Assembly: GCF_001194135.2 (NCBI RefSeq)
Contig: NC_068982.1
Span: forward strand, 161,602,799 to 161,666,798
Direction of reading: 5' to 3'
Length of the DNA stretch: 64,000 nucleotides
Source of the DNA: Octopus bimaculoides
Lineage: Eukaryota
This document shows positions 12,001-25,759 of this stretch, piece after piece. The translations under genes and the position numbers were made by a program. A model generated the notes under the pieces. The model saw only the letters and a list, made by a program, of their open reading frames with translations. It had not been told where the DNA came from and searched no databases. Each line of letters starts with the position of its first letter. Within the stretch, counting starts at the first letter, position 1.

Positions 12001-13179
12001 AAATCTCTAACAACAACAACATTGGTACATTTGGTTAGAACACAGAATAAAGTATTGATCAATAAATACACTGAGAAAATAATGGGAAAACCAAGTTCTA
12101 AAAACACTAAAAGATTTTTTTCCTGCTGCAGTACACATTCTTCCCCTGAGACCTGTCCACACGATAATCCTGTTAAAAAGAACACTTTGCATAGCTTTTT
12201 ATATATTTTATTCATATTTAGATATTTTTCTGTTGATAGTCTGTTATTTTTTTACTCACATATTTATATTATATATGCATTTTTGTTAGACTCTTCTTAT
12301 AACTTCTTTCATTCAACTTCTTTTAAAAAGTCACATGGCAAGTAATGTAATGCAACAACAACAACAACAATAATAATAATAATAATAATAATAATAATTC
12401 ACTCACTAAAGTAGTCTAAATACTTTTGAATGTATTGGGCATTCTTAAGGTTACAGATTATTTTTATGATCTTTGTTTTTTGAAGGGGAGGACAGTGGTT
12501 GCTTGTTTTCTTTCATTTGCTATAAGAATATTCTCCACAAGTTTTGTGGAGGGAAAGTACTTTTACTAATATACTAAACAGTTTAACTGGTTAAGACTAG
12601 GTTTGACAGCAGTAAATAACATTACTAAGGATGACATTCATAGATGACTCTTCACCACTGCTGCTACTACTATTACCACTACTATAAACATTCACACATT
12701 ACAAATGTGAAGCCAAATTCTTATCAATACATATTGGACTATCGAGACTGAAGAATGTAGCCAGACGAAGAAATATATGATCTCAGGCTGGAACAAATAG
12801 GAATCCACAAATCAATCAACAATAAAATGGATGAACCAATGAGGAAGCCCCTATATAGTCACTCGACATGTTAGAAACAGCAATCAAATCTCCTTCAAAT
12901 CACACCCCACTGCTTTAAAACAAAGCACATTTGACAATGTACTCCTAGATATGTTATGCTTGAGTAGAAATGGGGTTATTACAACTGGAATGGGTTTGAT
13001 TATATAGCTGCACAGAGTTAACCTGGAACTAAACAAGCTCAAATGCACTGGATACAAATCAATAATGGACTTTCTGCCTGAACATTTGCCCTGCCAGAAA
13101 TAGCAGCCAAATCTTCCATAAACCACACCTTAAGAAAAGAAGGGCACATATTGTCAAACAATTATCAATGAGAGAGAAG

Positions 13180-13535
13180 AAAATAGTCCTAAGGGCATAC
13201 ATAGAACCAATCCTTACATATGGTTGTATGACCATAAAGCTTATGTTGCAGAGATAGGTTCCTCAGATAGATGCTGAAGGTGTCCTATACAGATAAAATG
13301 ACAAATATTGAGGCCCTTCAATAAGCTATGACCACCAGGAAGCTTTTTAAGAATGAAAGGCAAAGAAAAAAACCTTGAGCATTTGGTGGCAAAAGAAAGA
13401 AGCCTGGAAAGATGGAGAGAAAAGAAACTTGATGGCCCTACCAGCTGGATTCAGAAAGACCTACTACATTGTGGGTGGGAGAAAAGTGCATGGAGGTCCA
13501 TGATTACAAATGTGTCTAGGCACAACACATGAAAA
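13180..13535 (+). mobile_element. RTE-type LINE C-terminal remnant (different subfamily)
   Basis: Fragments DKMTNIEALQ*AMTTRKL and KSAWRSMITNVSRHNT* resemble RTE ORF2 ends. Confidence 0.6.
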
Positions 13536-13810
13536 GATAGAGGACATCTTACATACACAGCAGGAAGGTATGATTGAGATCTGCAGGAGTAGTAAACTGA
13601 ATCAAAACAATAAATGAGAACAATAACAAAATATCTTGAGCCTTTCAAGTATCAGAGAACTTCAAGCATGTATCAGTTTTATTAGATCTAAGCATAGCAT
13701 AGATTTCATCATACTTGTAGTGATGAGATAGTCTATGAAATAAATGTATATAACCTTAGGTTTTCTATACAGTTAATATGAACATAATATATAGATACAA
13801 GCATGGTTCT

Positions 13811-14345
13811 TCATCATCATCATCATCATCGTTTAACGTCTGCTTTCCATGCTAGCATGGGTTGGACGATTTGACTGAGGACTGGTGAACCAGATGGCTA
13901 CACTAGGCTCCAATCTGATTTGGCAGAGTTTCTACGGCTGGATGCCCTTCCTAATGCCAACCACTCAGAGAGTGTAGTGGGTGCACAAAGGCCAGTCAGG
14001 CGATACTGGCAACAGCCACACTCAAAATGGTGTATTTTTGCGTGCCACCTGCACAAGAGCCAGTCCAGCAGCACTGGCAACGGTCTCGCTCGAATGTCTT
14101 TACACGTGCCACGGGCACAAGTGCCAGAAAGGCGACACTGGGCACAGGTGCCATCACGATTTCACTTGCCCCAACAGGTCTTTGCAAGCCAAGTTTCGTG
14201 TCCAATGAAGGGAGACAATGTTGGCATGGGTGCCAGTCGTCTAATTTAGTTTGATTTCGATTTCACTTGCCAACAGGTCTTTGCAAGTGGAGTTTACTGT
14301 CCAATGAAGGAAAGGTACGCATAAGTGGGCTGTACATAAATTCTA
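13811..14345 (-). mobile_element. 3' UTR copy of the RTE family inside the U12 intron
   Basis: Near reverse complement of 21390-21828, with a (CAT)n tail at 13811. Confidence 0.88.
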
Positions 14346-15052
14346 CATACTTCTAGATTTGAACCCACTGCACAGTACCTTGAGCAAGTGTCTCTACTAG
14401 AGCTACAAGCTGATCAGTGTCATGGGTGGAATTTAGTCAACAGACACTATATAGAAGCCTATGATCATTATCATTTTTACATTTTTTCCATGCTGGCATC
14501 AGTCAGATAAAACTTATTAAGTCAAAAATTTTCTACAGTTGGATGCTTTTTCTGTTGTGAACCCTGACTTGTTTTGCGAGTTGGATGGATTTCATTCCAT
14601 GAGTCTGCACATGTCCACTGAACTACAAGATACTTGTTTATTGGAGGACCAAATCAATGTCTGTTTTGGGTTTAGATGATATCAACAAGGACCCATGTAA
14701 CTGGCATTCACACACACACACACATAATGAATTTCTGTACAGTTTCATTCAACCAAATCTGAAACCACATGACTGCAAAGCAAACTGTGTTACCACACAG
14801 CCATGCTAATGTGTGTGTGTGTGCGTGTGTGTGTTTATTTTGTGTTTCTTTGCATTATGTAACTTAGCAGTTTGACATGGGTTAAAATAATTATTGAGCC
14901 AATATGAAGGCATGAAACTAGTAAAATAATAAAGGAATACACCAATAGTTTCTAGAACATTCTTCTTTACTCTGTATTAGCCATCACAACCAAGACTATG
15001 CTGGAGTACTGCCTGTAACTGCACAACAACCATTACATCAACTAAAGGATAC

Positions 15053-15148
15053 TGACAAAGTCATCAAATCCCTGCAAGGAACCAACAATTTCCTTGTCGT
15101 TTTTCATGATGATATGAATGCGAGATCCAATACATTTGTCTACCAGTT
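15053..15148 (-). CDS. LSM5: LSm5 exon 2 (96 nt), (E)[31 protein letters not shown]-(N)
   Basis: Strong polypyrimidine acceptor ttcttttttctcttctctgtttctatag. The translation is nearly identical to the LSm5 Sm1 motif. The exon ends at GTATCCTTT, a U12-type donor. Confidence 0.97.
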
Positions 15149-16627
15149 CTATAGAAACAGAGAAGAGAAAAAAGAAAAATAAATGGCACATTAGTAGGTA
15201 ATTAAAATTATAAATATTAGCAAGTCATTAAAGCATAAACATAAATGTAAGTAGGAGTGGAGAAATTGATAAAGATCTTAGGATAACAAAAATATAAATA
15301 GTAAAAATAGAAAGCTGAGTGGAATTAAGGTGTTGACTTTAGAAATAAATTAGCCTGCATATACATTGTTTTAATTTGTCACAAAGAAAAAAAACATAAT
15401 TAAATTAAGAAGGAATTAATCTTCCTCCTTATAAAATTGAATTGGCTGTTTGTCTATGTATCATGAAGGTAGAAAAAGGGCGTAGTTAGTGTTTAAGGAA
15501 GGGGATGGAAAAACAGAGTAGTCATGAGAGAAAGAAGTGATCTCTCTCTTCTTTCCTCACTTTATCTTCCATATTTCGTTTTCATTCCTATTTCCTCTCT
15601 CTTCTTTCCTCTATGTCTTCTATATATTTTCTTTACTCCTATCTCTCTCTCTATCTATCTATCTATCACATCCTTCTAAATCACTCAATGTTTAAACCGA
15701 AACAATCCAGAAATAACCAAACTATTCTCATCGTTTCAATTCCGAGTAGATGACAACTTTTTTACTGAAGAAAAATTTAACTAAAATAATTGTCTAGATT
15801 CCTCTTGAATTAGTACATCAGTTTCATGAGTTGATGAACTAATAGCCAAAGAATTTCCAAATTTTCAAGACACCCCCCACAACAAAACTACAAATGCTTG
15901 CATAAAAAAAAAAAAATCACTTAGCAGAAACCAATAAGCTTTCACACTTCGTTTCAAGAAATTCAGAAACTTATAAATCTACAGATATGATTATTAACCC
16001 TGCAAGGTTGTCTACTATCTTGTTGAATTCTTAAATTATTTGGAAACTACTAAGCTTCTACCACATTGACTTGTTAAAAATAGGAGCCACCTTCATACAC
16101 CTACCTTGGTTATATAATGGTATTTGATCAGTGGCTACCATTTTGACAGATTGTTTCATGGGAGAAAATGATTTCATGTCCAGAATACCCATGAAACCAT
16201 CCGGTTCAGAAATACCTTGTGTATGCAAAAAGCTTTCAGTATCCAGCAAAAAAAAAAAAAACAACTCAGCTTTGCGGTGTCCACAAATATATCTCAAGGA
16301 CAACTATTTTTATCTGTTGCTGGACTACAACTGGAAGAACATTGCTTCTTTCATGGGTAACTTTATACAGTGTGTGTAATATTGTTGATAAGGAAATTCT
16401 GGATTTACACAGAATAGTAATTAACAGGAACCAATAAGACAGTTAAGCGAAAACACAGTATCAAAACAAAAAATGGGATGCCTACAAATAATACACGAGT
16501 TCATATAACATGACAAAACCATTTTATCTAGAAACAATGTAACACAGGGTAGCTACCAAAGAAGCCACTACATGATCTCTCTAACTGCTAGAAATAACAG
16601 CCAGATCATCTTCAAAACACATTACTA

Positions 16628-16853
16628 TTGGGTTGGTGTATAATTATTGTGGCTTTTTTCAATAAATTTTATTCAACAAAAACAACAACATGTAATAAAA
16701 AACATCTTTAAATGATTATTCTGGAGCATATTCACCATCTACTTCAATTACTGTTTCCCATTTGCTTGTCAGACGGTCAGACCATCATTTAAGGATGTTT
16801 TTGTTAAATAAAATTTGTTGAAAAAAAGCCACAATAATTATGCACCAACCCAA
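16628..16853. mobile_element. mariner-type MITE (226 bp) with long TIRs and TA target duplication
   Basis: TA|TTGGGTTGGTGTATAATTATTGTGGCTTTTTTCAATAAATTTTATT... and ...AATAAAATTTGTTGAAAAAAAGCCACAATAATTATGCACCAACCCAA|TA. Confidence 0.9.
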
Positions 16854-17148
16854 TACTACTTTATGCATATATGTATGAAAAAGACTGCTACACATCTGCT
16901 AGATTTGGTATAAATAGTAGTCAAATCTGCCTAAAACTACACCCTACCATTTTATGCATGGGGTGTGTATGTGTGGTTTGGAGTTCAGTCCCACTGTGTG
17001 GTATCGTGTGGGCGTGTCTTTTACTTCAGTTCAAGCTGACCAATACCTTGTGAATGAATTGGGCTCACAGACATTGCACAAAAGTCCATCAGTCCATCAT
17101 ATATATGATGATGATGAGATATAAATATACATATATATATATATATAT

Positions 17149-17179
<31 letters not shown>

Positions 17180-17394
17180 TTTCATCTTTTAATCAGGGCC
17201 TCTGAGATTACATACAACAGAATGGACTCTGCTAAAGGCACCTAGGGAACCAGGTGGGGGTGTTAAATCAGATGATGGATAATACTACAATGAATGTATA
17301 TGCATGCATGCGTGGAGTGCGTTTAACTCTCACGGCCTGACAACCAGTGTTCGTTGGCTTGCATCCCTGTAACTTGGCAGTTCAGTAACTAGTA

Positions 17395-17760
17395 GTTGGC
17401 AGCCATCGATCTTGAGAGACCATGGATCTGTTCCCCTCGAAATTGTGTCAGCTGCTGATGGTGGTGCACAGTCTGCTGTGGTTGTGGAGGACTACATGGG
17501 AGTGGCAATCATGCATACAACGACTGCATTTGAAGGAGCTCTCTGTCAGCGTTACTGGTTTTTCCTTCCGTTGAATGTGCTTTTCTTTGGCGGCTTTTCT
17601 TGTGGTTCCTGCTTTTCTTTGCTTCCTGTTTTTCTTCCCTTCACTTCATCCCCTTTTGCAGAATTTGTCTCCATAGTGGGCAATCATTTGCAACCTCCTC
17701 CCATCTCAGGACATCCAAATCAAGTGAAATACAGTTTAATAAAATAAAGGCCTGACTTAG
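17395..17760 (-). mobile_element. RTE (BovB-like) LINE 3' end remnant
   Basis: Minus strand reads LDVLRWEEVANDCPLWRQILQKG..., then SFKCSRCMHDCHSHVVLHNHSRLC (terminal C2H2-like motif), then a tccatggtctctcaagatcgatggctgcc 3' end. Confidence 0.75.
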
Positions 17761-20700
17761 AAAAGTACTAAGGCTGATTTTATCAACTTTCAAGGCATGG
17801 TCACAATCAAATAACTGAAACAAAAGAATACACACATGCTCCAACAAGGGACCCACTAGGTAACAACCTCTTCAAATCACACCATGCTATCTAATGCATA
17901 TACATATGTACAAATGAGGGAGACCTCTGTGTGACAGCTGAACATGAGAGAAACAGCAATCTTCAAATAGAAGCCTACTTTGACACAACACATAGACAGA
18001 GCCACATACTTCTGCCAGTTTATATAAAATTTATCAAAAAATGTCATTAAAAAAAATTAGTTTTTGATGTTTTTTTTTGTTGTTGTAACGATATCTCAAA
18101 GAAAATTCAAGTCTTTTATTATTTATTTTATAAATAAAGAAATATCAAGTTATTGATGTTCATCTCCAGGCCTACCTTAGTCAAAGACATTCTAGCCATG
18201 ACCATCCAATTTTTTTTTATTTATTCAGATATAATGTATCTAGAACTACAGTAACATGTCCTTTTTACAATGGTAGAATAATTTGGCTACTTTTTCAATA
18301 AGTGGCCATGCAGAGGCTCTCTTTTTCAACAGTTAAATACTAAGTAGATTAGTTTAGAAATTAGAACTAAAAAGTATCAGATATTCTTCTGCGACAATGG
18401 AGGAAAAACTGTAAACAACTGCTTTTTGCTGCAGATCAGTTGTGATTGAACAAACCTTTAATCAAAGATATATCAGCCATGAATCACCCAGCTTTATGTA
18501 TTTCGCCTACCATGTCTCAACTTTTCCCCAAATTGTGGGCTGTCTGATTTGAGGGAGGCTTGGCTATTATTTGTAGCAGGTGGAATGACTCTCTAGATTC
18601 AGTTGGTTAATCATATAGATATGTAAATGGATGCAGATTCAGAGACAGAAGAAACGAGACAATGTAACATTAATACCTTGCTCAAAAATCTTAGTAATAA
18701 AATATTAAATACAATATAAAAAAGAGATAACATCAAATCAAGAAAACAAAAGCAAGCTACAGCACAGTTCACCCCAACTTTAATCAAAATGGTAGGTTTG
18801 TGTTGCAGTAAAGTGAAAAATTTCTTCACAATTAGTGGCGGGAGAAGCAACAGTCAGAATGAACAATGAGTTGATCAAGTCATTTTAGAAGTGCTCAGAC
18901 AGATCTTATATGCAAATGTGTGATTAAAATTGCATCGTTGACTTGACATATCAAGTTTAATTTCATTTGAATATTCATATGTTAACAACTTCAATCAAGT
19001 AATAAGATTTCCTTTCTAAAATATCCACACATTATAACGTGACATAGCAGCAAACTGGAGTTGAAGACTAGGTTTTATTGTTTGTTCTTAATATTGGACT
19101 GACACTAAAAAGGTCAAATCTGAATTAATTAATTTGTTCTTTTTCATTTTCTTCTTGCTTAATTTCAAATGACACTCACTGAGGCACAGACATGGCTGTG
19201 TGGTTAAGAAGTTTGCTTCACAACCATATGGTTTCGGGGTTTAGTTCCACCATAAGGCACCTTGGCCAAGTGTCTTCTACTACAGTCCTGAGAAGACCAA
19301 TTGCCTTGTGAGTGAACTGCTAGACCAGAAACTGAACAACGTCCACTGTGTGCATTTGTGTGCCTTCATGTGTATGTGTGTGTGTTCACAAGTGTGCGAA
19401 TATGCATACACACAATCCTGATCTCTAATCATCTATTACACTCTTTTCACTTTCTGATCTTCCCACCTTTCTGTTCCTCTATCCCTGTTCTCTCTCATAT
19501 TCACCTTGTACCTTGACCTCACATTTTTCTCTTTCTTTCCAGACAGAGAAGTCATATATTCACCTCATCAGCAAAACACCCTGTCCTTCTGTCATACTTA
19601 TCCCTCAATTATATCCAAACTCAGTTGAAGGGTCTTATCTTCCAAGTACTTGGTGACCCCACCAGTGCTGGTGCCAAAAAAAAAAAAAAAAAAAAAGAGC
19701 ACCCAGTACATTGTGTAATTGTTAGTGTTAGGAAGGGCATCAAATTGTAGAAACCACGCCAAAGTAGAAATTGGAGCTCAGTGAAGCTCCCTATAGCCTG
19801 TCAGTTCATGTTAAACTATCTAACTCATGCCAGTAAGGGAAAATGATGATGATATATGAGTGGATTTGCCAGAAAGAAACTGAACAAAGTCCATCGCATG
19901 AGTACTTGTGTGTGTGTCTGTGTGTGTGTGCATATGTGCACGCATGTGTGTGCACGTGTGTGTGTGTGTGTGTGCATGTGTTTACATTGGCACTTCTCTG
20001 AAAATTGCTAAGCCACAAGCAATAACATTGTTATAATTTCCCTCAACAACAAATCATCTGCAGATCCAGCTGTAAAACAATGCCTCAATAATATATTCAT
20101 GTAACCCATGCTAGAATGGTGGCGGGGGAAACAAATGTAGAAACAAATGAAAAAATTCCCAGCCGGTAAAGTTGATAGAATGTCAGCAGTCTGTTGCCTA
20201 AAGGGAACATGGTTCATATCTCAACATAAATACTACAGAGTATCTATACCCATGACCAAGATAATCACTTTTATTGCTCCCAGCAAACTTGCTGCAGATA
20301 GGTGCCACAAAGTGTTGTAGCCTATAACTATAACTGACAAATGTTGTCCTGAATTGCAGTTTATGCAGTTATTATTTAGTGCTAGATTATTCCTAACTGA
20401 GCGAATCTATGATCAAAGACAACAGTTGTGGCAATCCAGAGATTTTCTAAAAAAAACTTTTTGAGCAGTTTATTCAGAACCGCATTATCCAATGTGTACT
20501 TCTATTTTTAATACAATAGAGCATGATACAAGAGAGATTAGCTGCTATTTCTAGCAGGTCGAGTGACCATTTAGAGGCTCTTTCATTGGCTCCAGGCTAT
20601 ATGAAGAAGTAATTATTTGTCTCCAGGTCAGCTCTGATCTAACAGACCTACAAAAGTGTTCAAACAATGAACATCTAATTTATTTTCCTTTCAATCACAG

Positions 20701-21389
20701 TGTATTCAGGACCAAACATGGATAGTAGGAATAAGATTTGATAAACATTTGGCTGCTATTTCTAGTAGGCTGAATAACTGCATAGAAGCTTCATCACTGG
20801 TTCATCAACCAATGTAAAACAGCCATTGTTGGTGGCTTTGGTTAAGGAAACTTAAGCAATTCCCTACCAAACTATTGATTCACTATTGATTACATTTCAG
20901 AGAATGTCTGGTGAAAGTGTGGTCTTAGAAAGAACAGGAAATGGCTTTATCTACATCAACACTGATAGTTAAGAATAAAGATCAGAGTAATCCATAGACA
21001 TCTTGATGAGTTATTGATTATCATCCAAGTAACTGTTTGGGATTTATTTAATCCATCAGATTGCAATAGTCAAATATTGTGATAAGATATGAAAGTTACA
21101 TTCTGAAATGGATACAACATTGTCTGGATTGGTAGGAAGACCACAGACAGAAATAGATCTATATACTGTGAGTGCATATAGTATGTATCATCGTCGTCAT
21201 CATCCTCATTTAGCATCCATCTTCCATGTTGCTATGGGCTGGACAGTTTTACAGGATCCAACATGTCAAAGGACTGCATTAAGCTCCAGTGTGTTTTGGC
21301 ATAGGTTCTACTGCTGGATGCCCATCCTAAAGTCACTAGAAAGGTTGCCATATAACTCATAAGACAAGTGGATTATAGTAGAGGGGGCA

Positions 21390-21828
21390 GGGGATTTATG
21401 TCAGCTTGGGACACGAAACTCAGCTTGCGAAGACTTATTGGGGCAAGCGAAAGCGAAATTGTGATGGCACCTGTGCCCAGCATCGCCTTTCTGGCACTTG
21501 TGCCCGCTGCATGTGTAAGGACTTTCGAGCGAGAGCATTGCCAGTGCCGCTGGACTGGCTCTTGTGCGGGTGGCACATAAAATACACCATTTTGAGCGTG
21601 GCCGTTGTCAGTACTGCCTGACTGGCCTTCATGCCGGTGGCACGTAAAAGCACCCTCTACACTCTCTGAGTGGTTGGCGTTAGGAAGGGCATCCAGCTGT
21701 AGAAACTCTGCCAAATCAGATTGGAGCCTGGTGTAACCATCTGGTTTCACCAGTCCTCAGTCAAATCGTCCAACCCATGCTAGCATGGAAAGCGGACGTT
21801 AAACGACGATGATGATGATGATGATGAT
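21390..21828 (+). mobile_element. 3' UTR copy of the RTE family
   Basis: Same modules as 48700-49125, well preserved, with a (GAT)n tail. Confidence 0.88.
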
Positions 21829-22429
21829 TGAGAGGCTAAAGTATTATAGAGGGGATAGGCACAGGAGACACATGGCTACCCCACACTATATAAGAGTGCA
21901 TGACAGTAATTGGAAAGAAGACAGTGATGGCAGTAATGAGGTGTCAGGATGTACTCTCAGGATACAAGAAGGTGAGTATAAGAGAGGTTACAAACAATTG
22001 GAAGCAGTTGGTGGGTAAGTTCATTAGAGTGTGAGAGGAGATGACAAATAGTTAGCAATGGGTTTATATGGATGTAGTGAATAGAACAAAAGTGTGGTTG
22101 ATGGTAAATATTAGTATGGAAGCAGGAAAAGGTGAAAGAATAGGATTGGTTAAAGATGGAGAAAATAAGTGACAGTAGAGGAAGGGAGGAGAACAGTAGT
22201 ACATTAAACCTGTAAGGAGATCAGAAAATATGGAGATGATGTTCAGAGATGGGGTGGGGGAGGGGGAGATGTAAAGTGAAAGATGTGGATGTCAGAGGTA
22301 TGTAGGAGTGGCTATAGTGAATGGGGTACGGGAAGGACATCCGGTTGTAGAAAATTGGCCTCAACAAATTCTGTCTGCCCCATGCAAGCATAGAAAAGTG
22401 GACATTAAACAACATTGATGAAAATCATC

Positions 22430-22469
<40 letters not shown>

Positions 22470-23084
22470 ATATAAGCATGGCCAAGTGGTCAAGTTACTT
22501 TTGCAATCATGACGTCCTGTGCTTGATTACCATGTGTGGCATCTTGGGCAAGTGCCTTGGGTTAATCCAAGCTTTGTTAGTGAAACTGGGTTGACAGAAA
22601 CTGTACCAGTAATTCAAAGGTCCAATTTAGTCACACAAAGTCATGCTGATTCTATTTGAGAATTATGTTAAGGGTGCACATGTCTGTGGAATATTCAAGC
22701 AGGGTATATGCTAATTCAGTGAGTAGGCAGTTGGGTTGATCAAACTACAAGATGATCATACACTACTCTCAAAGGGAGAGCCCATTATTATTGTGCACAT
22801 GCGTGCACACATACACACTGAGTAGAAGATGATTACAAAATTTCTTCATTTGCTACACAAGGAAGAATTTTGTGAGCAGTGGCATGCAAAGTGATGCAAT
22901 AAGAGTTAAAATACAGTGCTGCAATATGTGAGGTGGTGCAGCAATGTGTAAGGTACTATGGCAAGGCATCAGTATGCAAGGTATTGCAGCAGTGTGTAGT
23001 ACCTTGCACTTTTATATGTGTAAGATATACATTGCGTTGCTGCACTCAAGAAGACCAATCCGCCACAACAGAATTAATGTCCTA

Positions 23085-23365
23085 AAACCACAGTGCAATG
23101 GCAAAAGCACTGATTATGATGCCATGTAAAAAGGACTGGTGATGGTGTCAAGTAAAAAGCAACGGTATGCCATGTAAGAAGCACCAGTATGGTGCCATGT
23201 AAAAAGCACCCAATACAGTCAGTAAAGTGGTTGGCATAAGGAAGGCTATTCAGCTGTAGAAACCAAACCAAAACAGACTATGGCACTTGGTGCAGCCCCT
23301 GGCCTTGCCAGCTCCTGTCAAGCCATCCAACCCATGCCAGCAGGGAAAATGAATATGATGATGAT
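23085..23365 (+). mobile_element. Short V-domain-like element with tandem ggtgccatgtaaaaagcac units
   Basis: Same architecture as 55677-55940. Confidence 0.7.
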
Positions 23366-24087
23366 CATGGTGTCATTTCCTGTTTTACATTTAAAATTAT
23401 CTATTATAAAAAAAAAAGCAGGTTATGTATGACTATACAACAGTCAGTATAACAGAATACATGCATCATTATATGAAAGCCAGTCAAACAGGGTACATGC
23501 CTCATTATATATGACAACCAAGGCAGCCTGTCTACCAGGGTACATACATTATTCATTATATGACAGCCAGACTAAAAGAGTATGATAAACCAAAGTATAA
23601 AAAAATATGTAACCTCACAAATATCTAAGACCACAACAACACTCATGTCTACATTTACTTTCAGAACTGACAACTCAAAGATCTTTCATTTAATGACTGA
23701 CATTTCTTAAGATACTGGGACAAACTTTCATCTTTCCATGTTATACTCTATTACATTCAAGACTGTATCTCAGTATACACACTGCATTCCAAACTAGACT
23801 TTCACATACCACTGCATTCCACAACTTAATACACTCCATAACATTCCACACTGCACCATGGTGAACCAACAAAGGAGCTTTCACATGGCCAATCTCCCTC
23901 AAATTAAAAAAAGGACACATTAGGCATGGCTATGTGGTTAAGAAGCTTGCTTCCCAATCATGTGGCCTTCAGTTCAATTCCACTGTGTGAAATCTTGGAC
24001 AAATGTCTTCTATTACAACCCTGAACAAACCAAAGTCTTGTGAGAGGATTTGGTAGACAGAAACTGAAAGAAGCCCACCTGTTGTAT

Positions 24088-24960
24088 ATCATCATCATAA
24101 TTTAGTATCTGCTTTCCATGCTGGCATGGTTTGACTGAGGGCTGGCAAGCCAGGAGGCTGCACCAGGCTCCAAACTGATCTAGCAAGGTTTCTACAGCTG
24201 GATGCCATTCCTAACATCAACCACTGCGAGAGTGTAGCGGGTGGTTTTTACGTGCCACCAGCATCGGGGCCAGTCAGGGGGCACTGGCATCAACCACGCT
24301 TGAATGGTGCTTTTTATGTGCCACCAGCACAGGAGCCAGTTAGGTGGCACTGACATTGACCATGCTCAAATGGTACTTTTTACATGCCACTGGCGTGGGA
24401 GCCAGTCAGACGGCACTGTATTAGCCATGACTACAATTTCACTTGACGCAACAAGTCTTCTCAAGCACAGCATATTGCCTGATGATTGAAGGGTACTTTT
24501 AAACAGGCTGGTTATGCGACACTGGCATGGGCCATGGCTACAGTCGCGCTTGGCTTGCTGGGTCTTCTCAAGCACAACATATCTCCAAAGCTCTTGGTTG
24601 CTTGCCATTGGCTCTGTGAGGCCCAATGTTCGAAGATTGTGCTTCACCACCTCATCCCAGGTCTTCCTCTTCCACAGGTTCCCCACTGCTAGGGTGTGAC
24701 ACTTCTTCACACAGTTGTCCTCATCCATATGCAACACATGACCATACCAGCACACTTGTCTCTCTTGCACACCACATTCGATGCTTCTTAAATCCAACTT
24801 TTCTCTCAGGGCGCTCACACTCTGTCGTGTGTGCACACTGACATTACACATCCAGTGGATCATACTAGCTTCATTTCTTTCAAGCCTATGCATGTCCTCA
24901 GCCGTCATGGCCCATGTTTCAGCCGTGTAGCATGGCTGTTTGCACTCATGCACCATACAG
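24088..24960 (-). mobile_element. RTE-clade LINE 3' fragment, same family as 47386-49125
   Basis: ORF 24366-24956 reads ETWAMTAEDMHRLERNEASMIHWMCNVSV...WYGHVLHM...ELWRYVVLEKTQQAK, followed by the 3' UTR and (GAT)n tail. Confidence 0.9.
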
Positions 24961-24984
24961 TCTACCTTTCAATCTGAGATAGGA

Positions 24985-25261
24985 TGGTCATAGTGGGATC
25001 TATGGATCCCTTTGATTACTATTCTATTCTGGTGGATCCACATAGCTATTTGATGTTTAGAAACTGGTTTATAGATATTTCTTTCAAAATTCCTATTTTG
25101 TTTTCCATACAGTAACATGTATGGGTTGAACAACTCATATGTAAAATGTTAGAAAAAGAAACTTAGCTGTTTCTTGTAAAAAATACATCTAAAATTTTCT
25201 ACGGACCCTTAAAATACTGTGGATCCCCAAGGGTCATATGGACCCTGGTTGAGAACCTCTA
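24985..25261. mobile_element. hAT(Charlie)-like MITE remnant
   Basis: Ends in GGTTGAGAACCTCTA (25247-25261). The interior is homologous to 36291-36655. Confidence 0.6.
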
Positions 25262-25759
25262 CTTTAGATCAAAGGTCCAATGATTCCAATAATCAGTGTT
25301 GAGCTAAGCCACAAACACTACACCATCATATTTCACTATGCTGCATCATATATGCCATGGTCTACTACACTGTAACTCTAGCAGCTAAATCTCTCTTGAA
25401 ACACTACCCTCTTATATAAGGAAAGGACTCATTAGATAATACAGTCCTAGATAGCCATAAAAAGACAGGATGTTCACAGTTAGAATGTTTTTGGTCATAG
25501 GTCTGTTCGGAACAAACCTGGGGCTAAACAGCCAATACTACATCATGGTTATACCACTGTATTCTACACTGTAGTCCACCACACTATACCATACAAGGTA
25601 CAGACTTTTCGCTTCCACTGTATATATCCTAGGAATTATCAGGAATATCAATTATCAGCTTTAATTATCCTTTGCACAAAAATTCTTGGCAATTCTCCCT
25701 ACAACACAAGTTGCTCTCATTCTTTTAACAAATCTAAACTAATTATTATTATTATTATT

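Larger units (their letters stand above)
10558..15052 (-). other. LSM5: U12-type (minor spliceosome) GT-AG intron 2 of LSM5, 4495 bp
   Basis: 5' splice site GTATCCTTT (15052-15044). Branch-site-like TTTTTCCATAAC (core 10576-10568) lies 11-12 nt from the cag acceptor, with no polypyrimidine tract. Confidence 0.9.

Noticed and set aside
20008-20217. ORF / exon candidate (GNRLLTFYQLYRLGIF.. or QQTADILSTLPAG..)
   Set aside because: The acceptor is plausible, but there is no good donor, no recognisable protein and no way to choose a frame.
20841-20850. Perfect U12 branch site TTTCCTTAAC on the minus strand
   Set aside because: No matching U12 donor upstream and no convincing exon follows. A single 10-mer is plausible by chance in AT-rich DNA.
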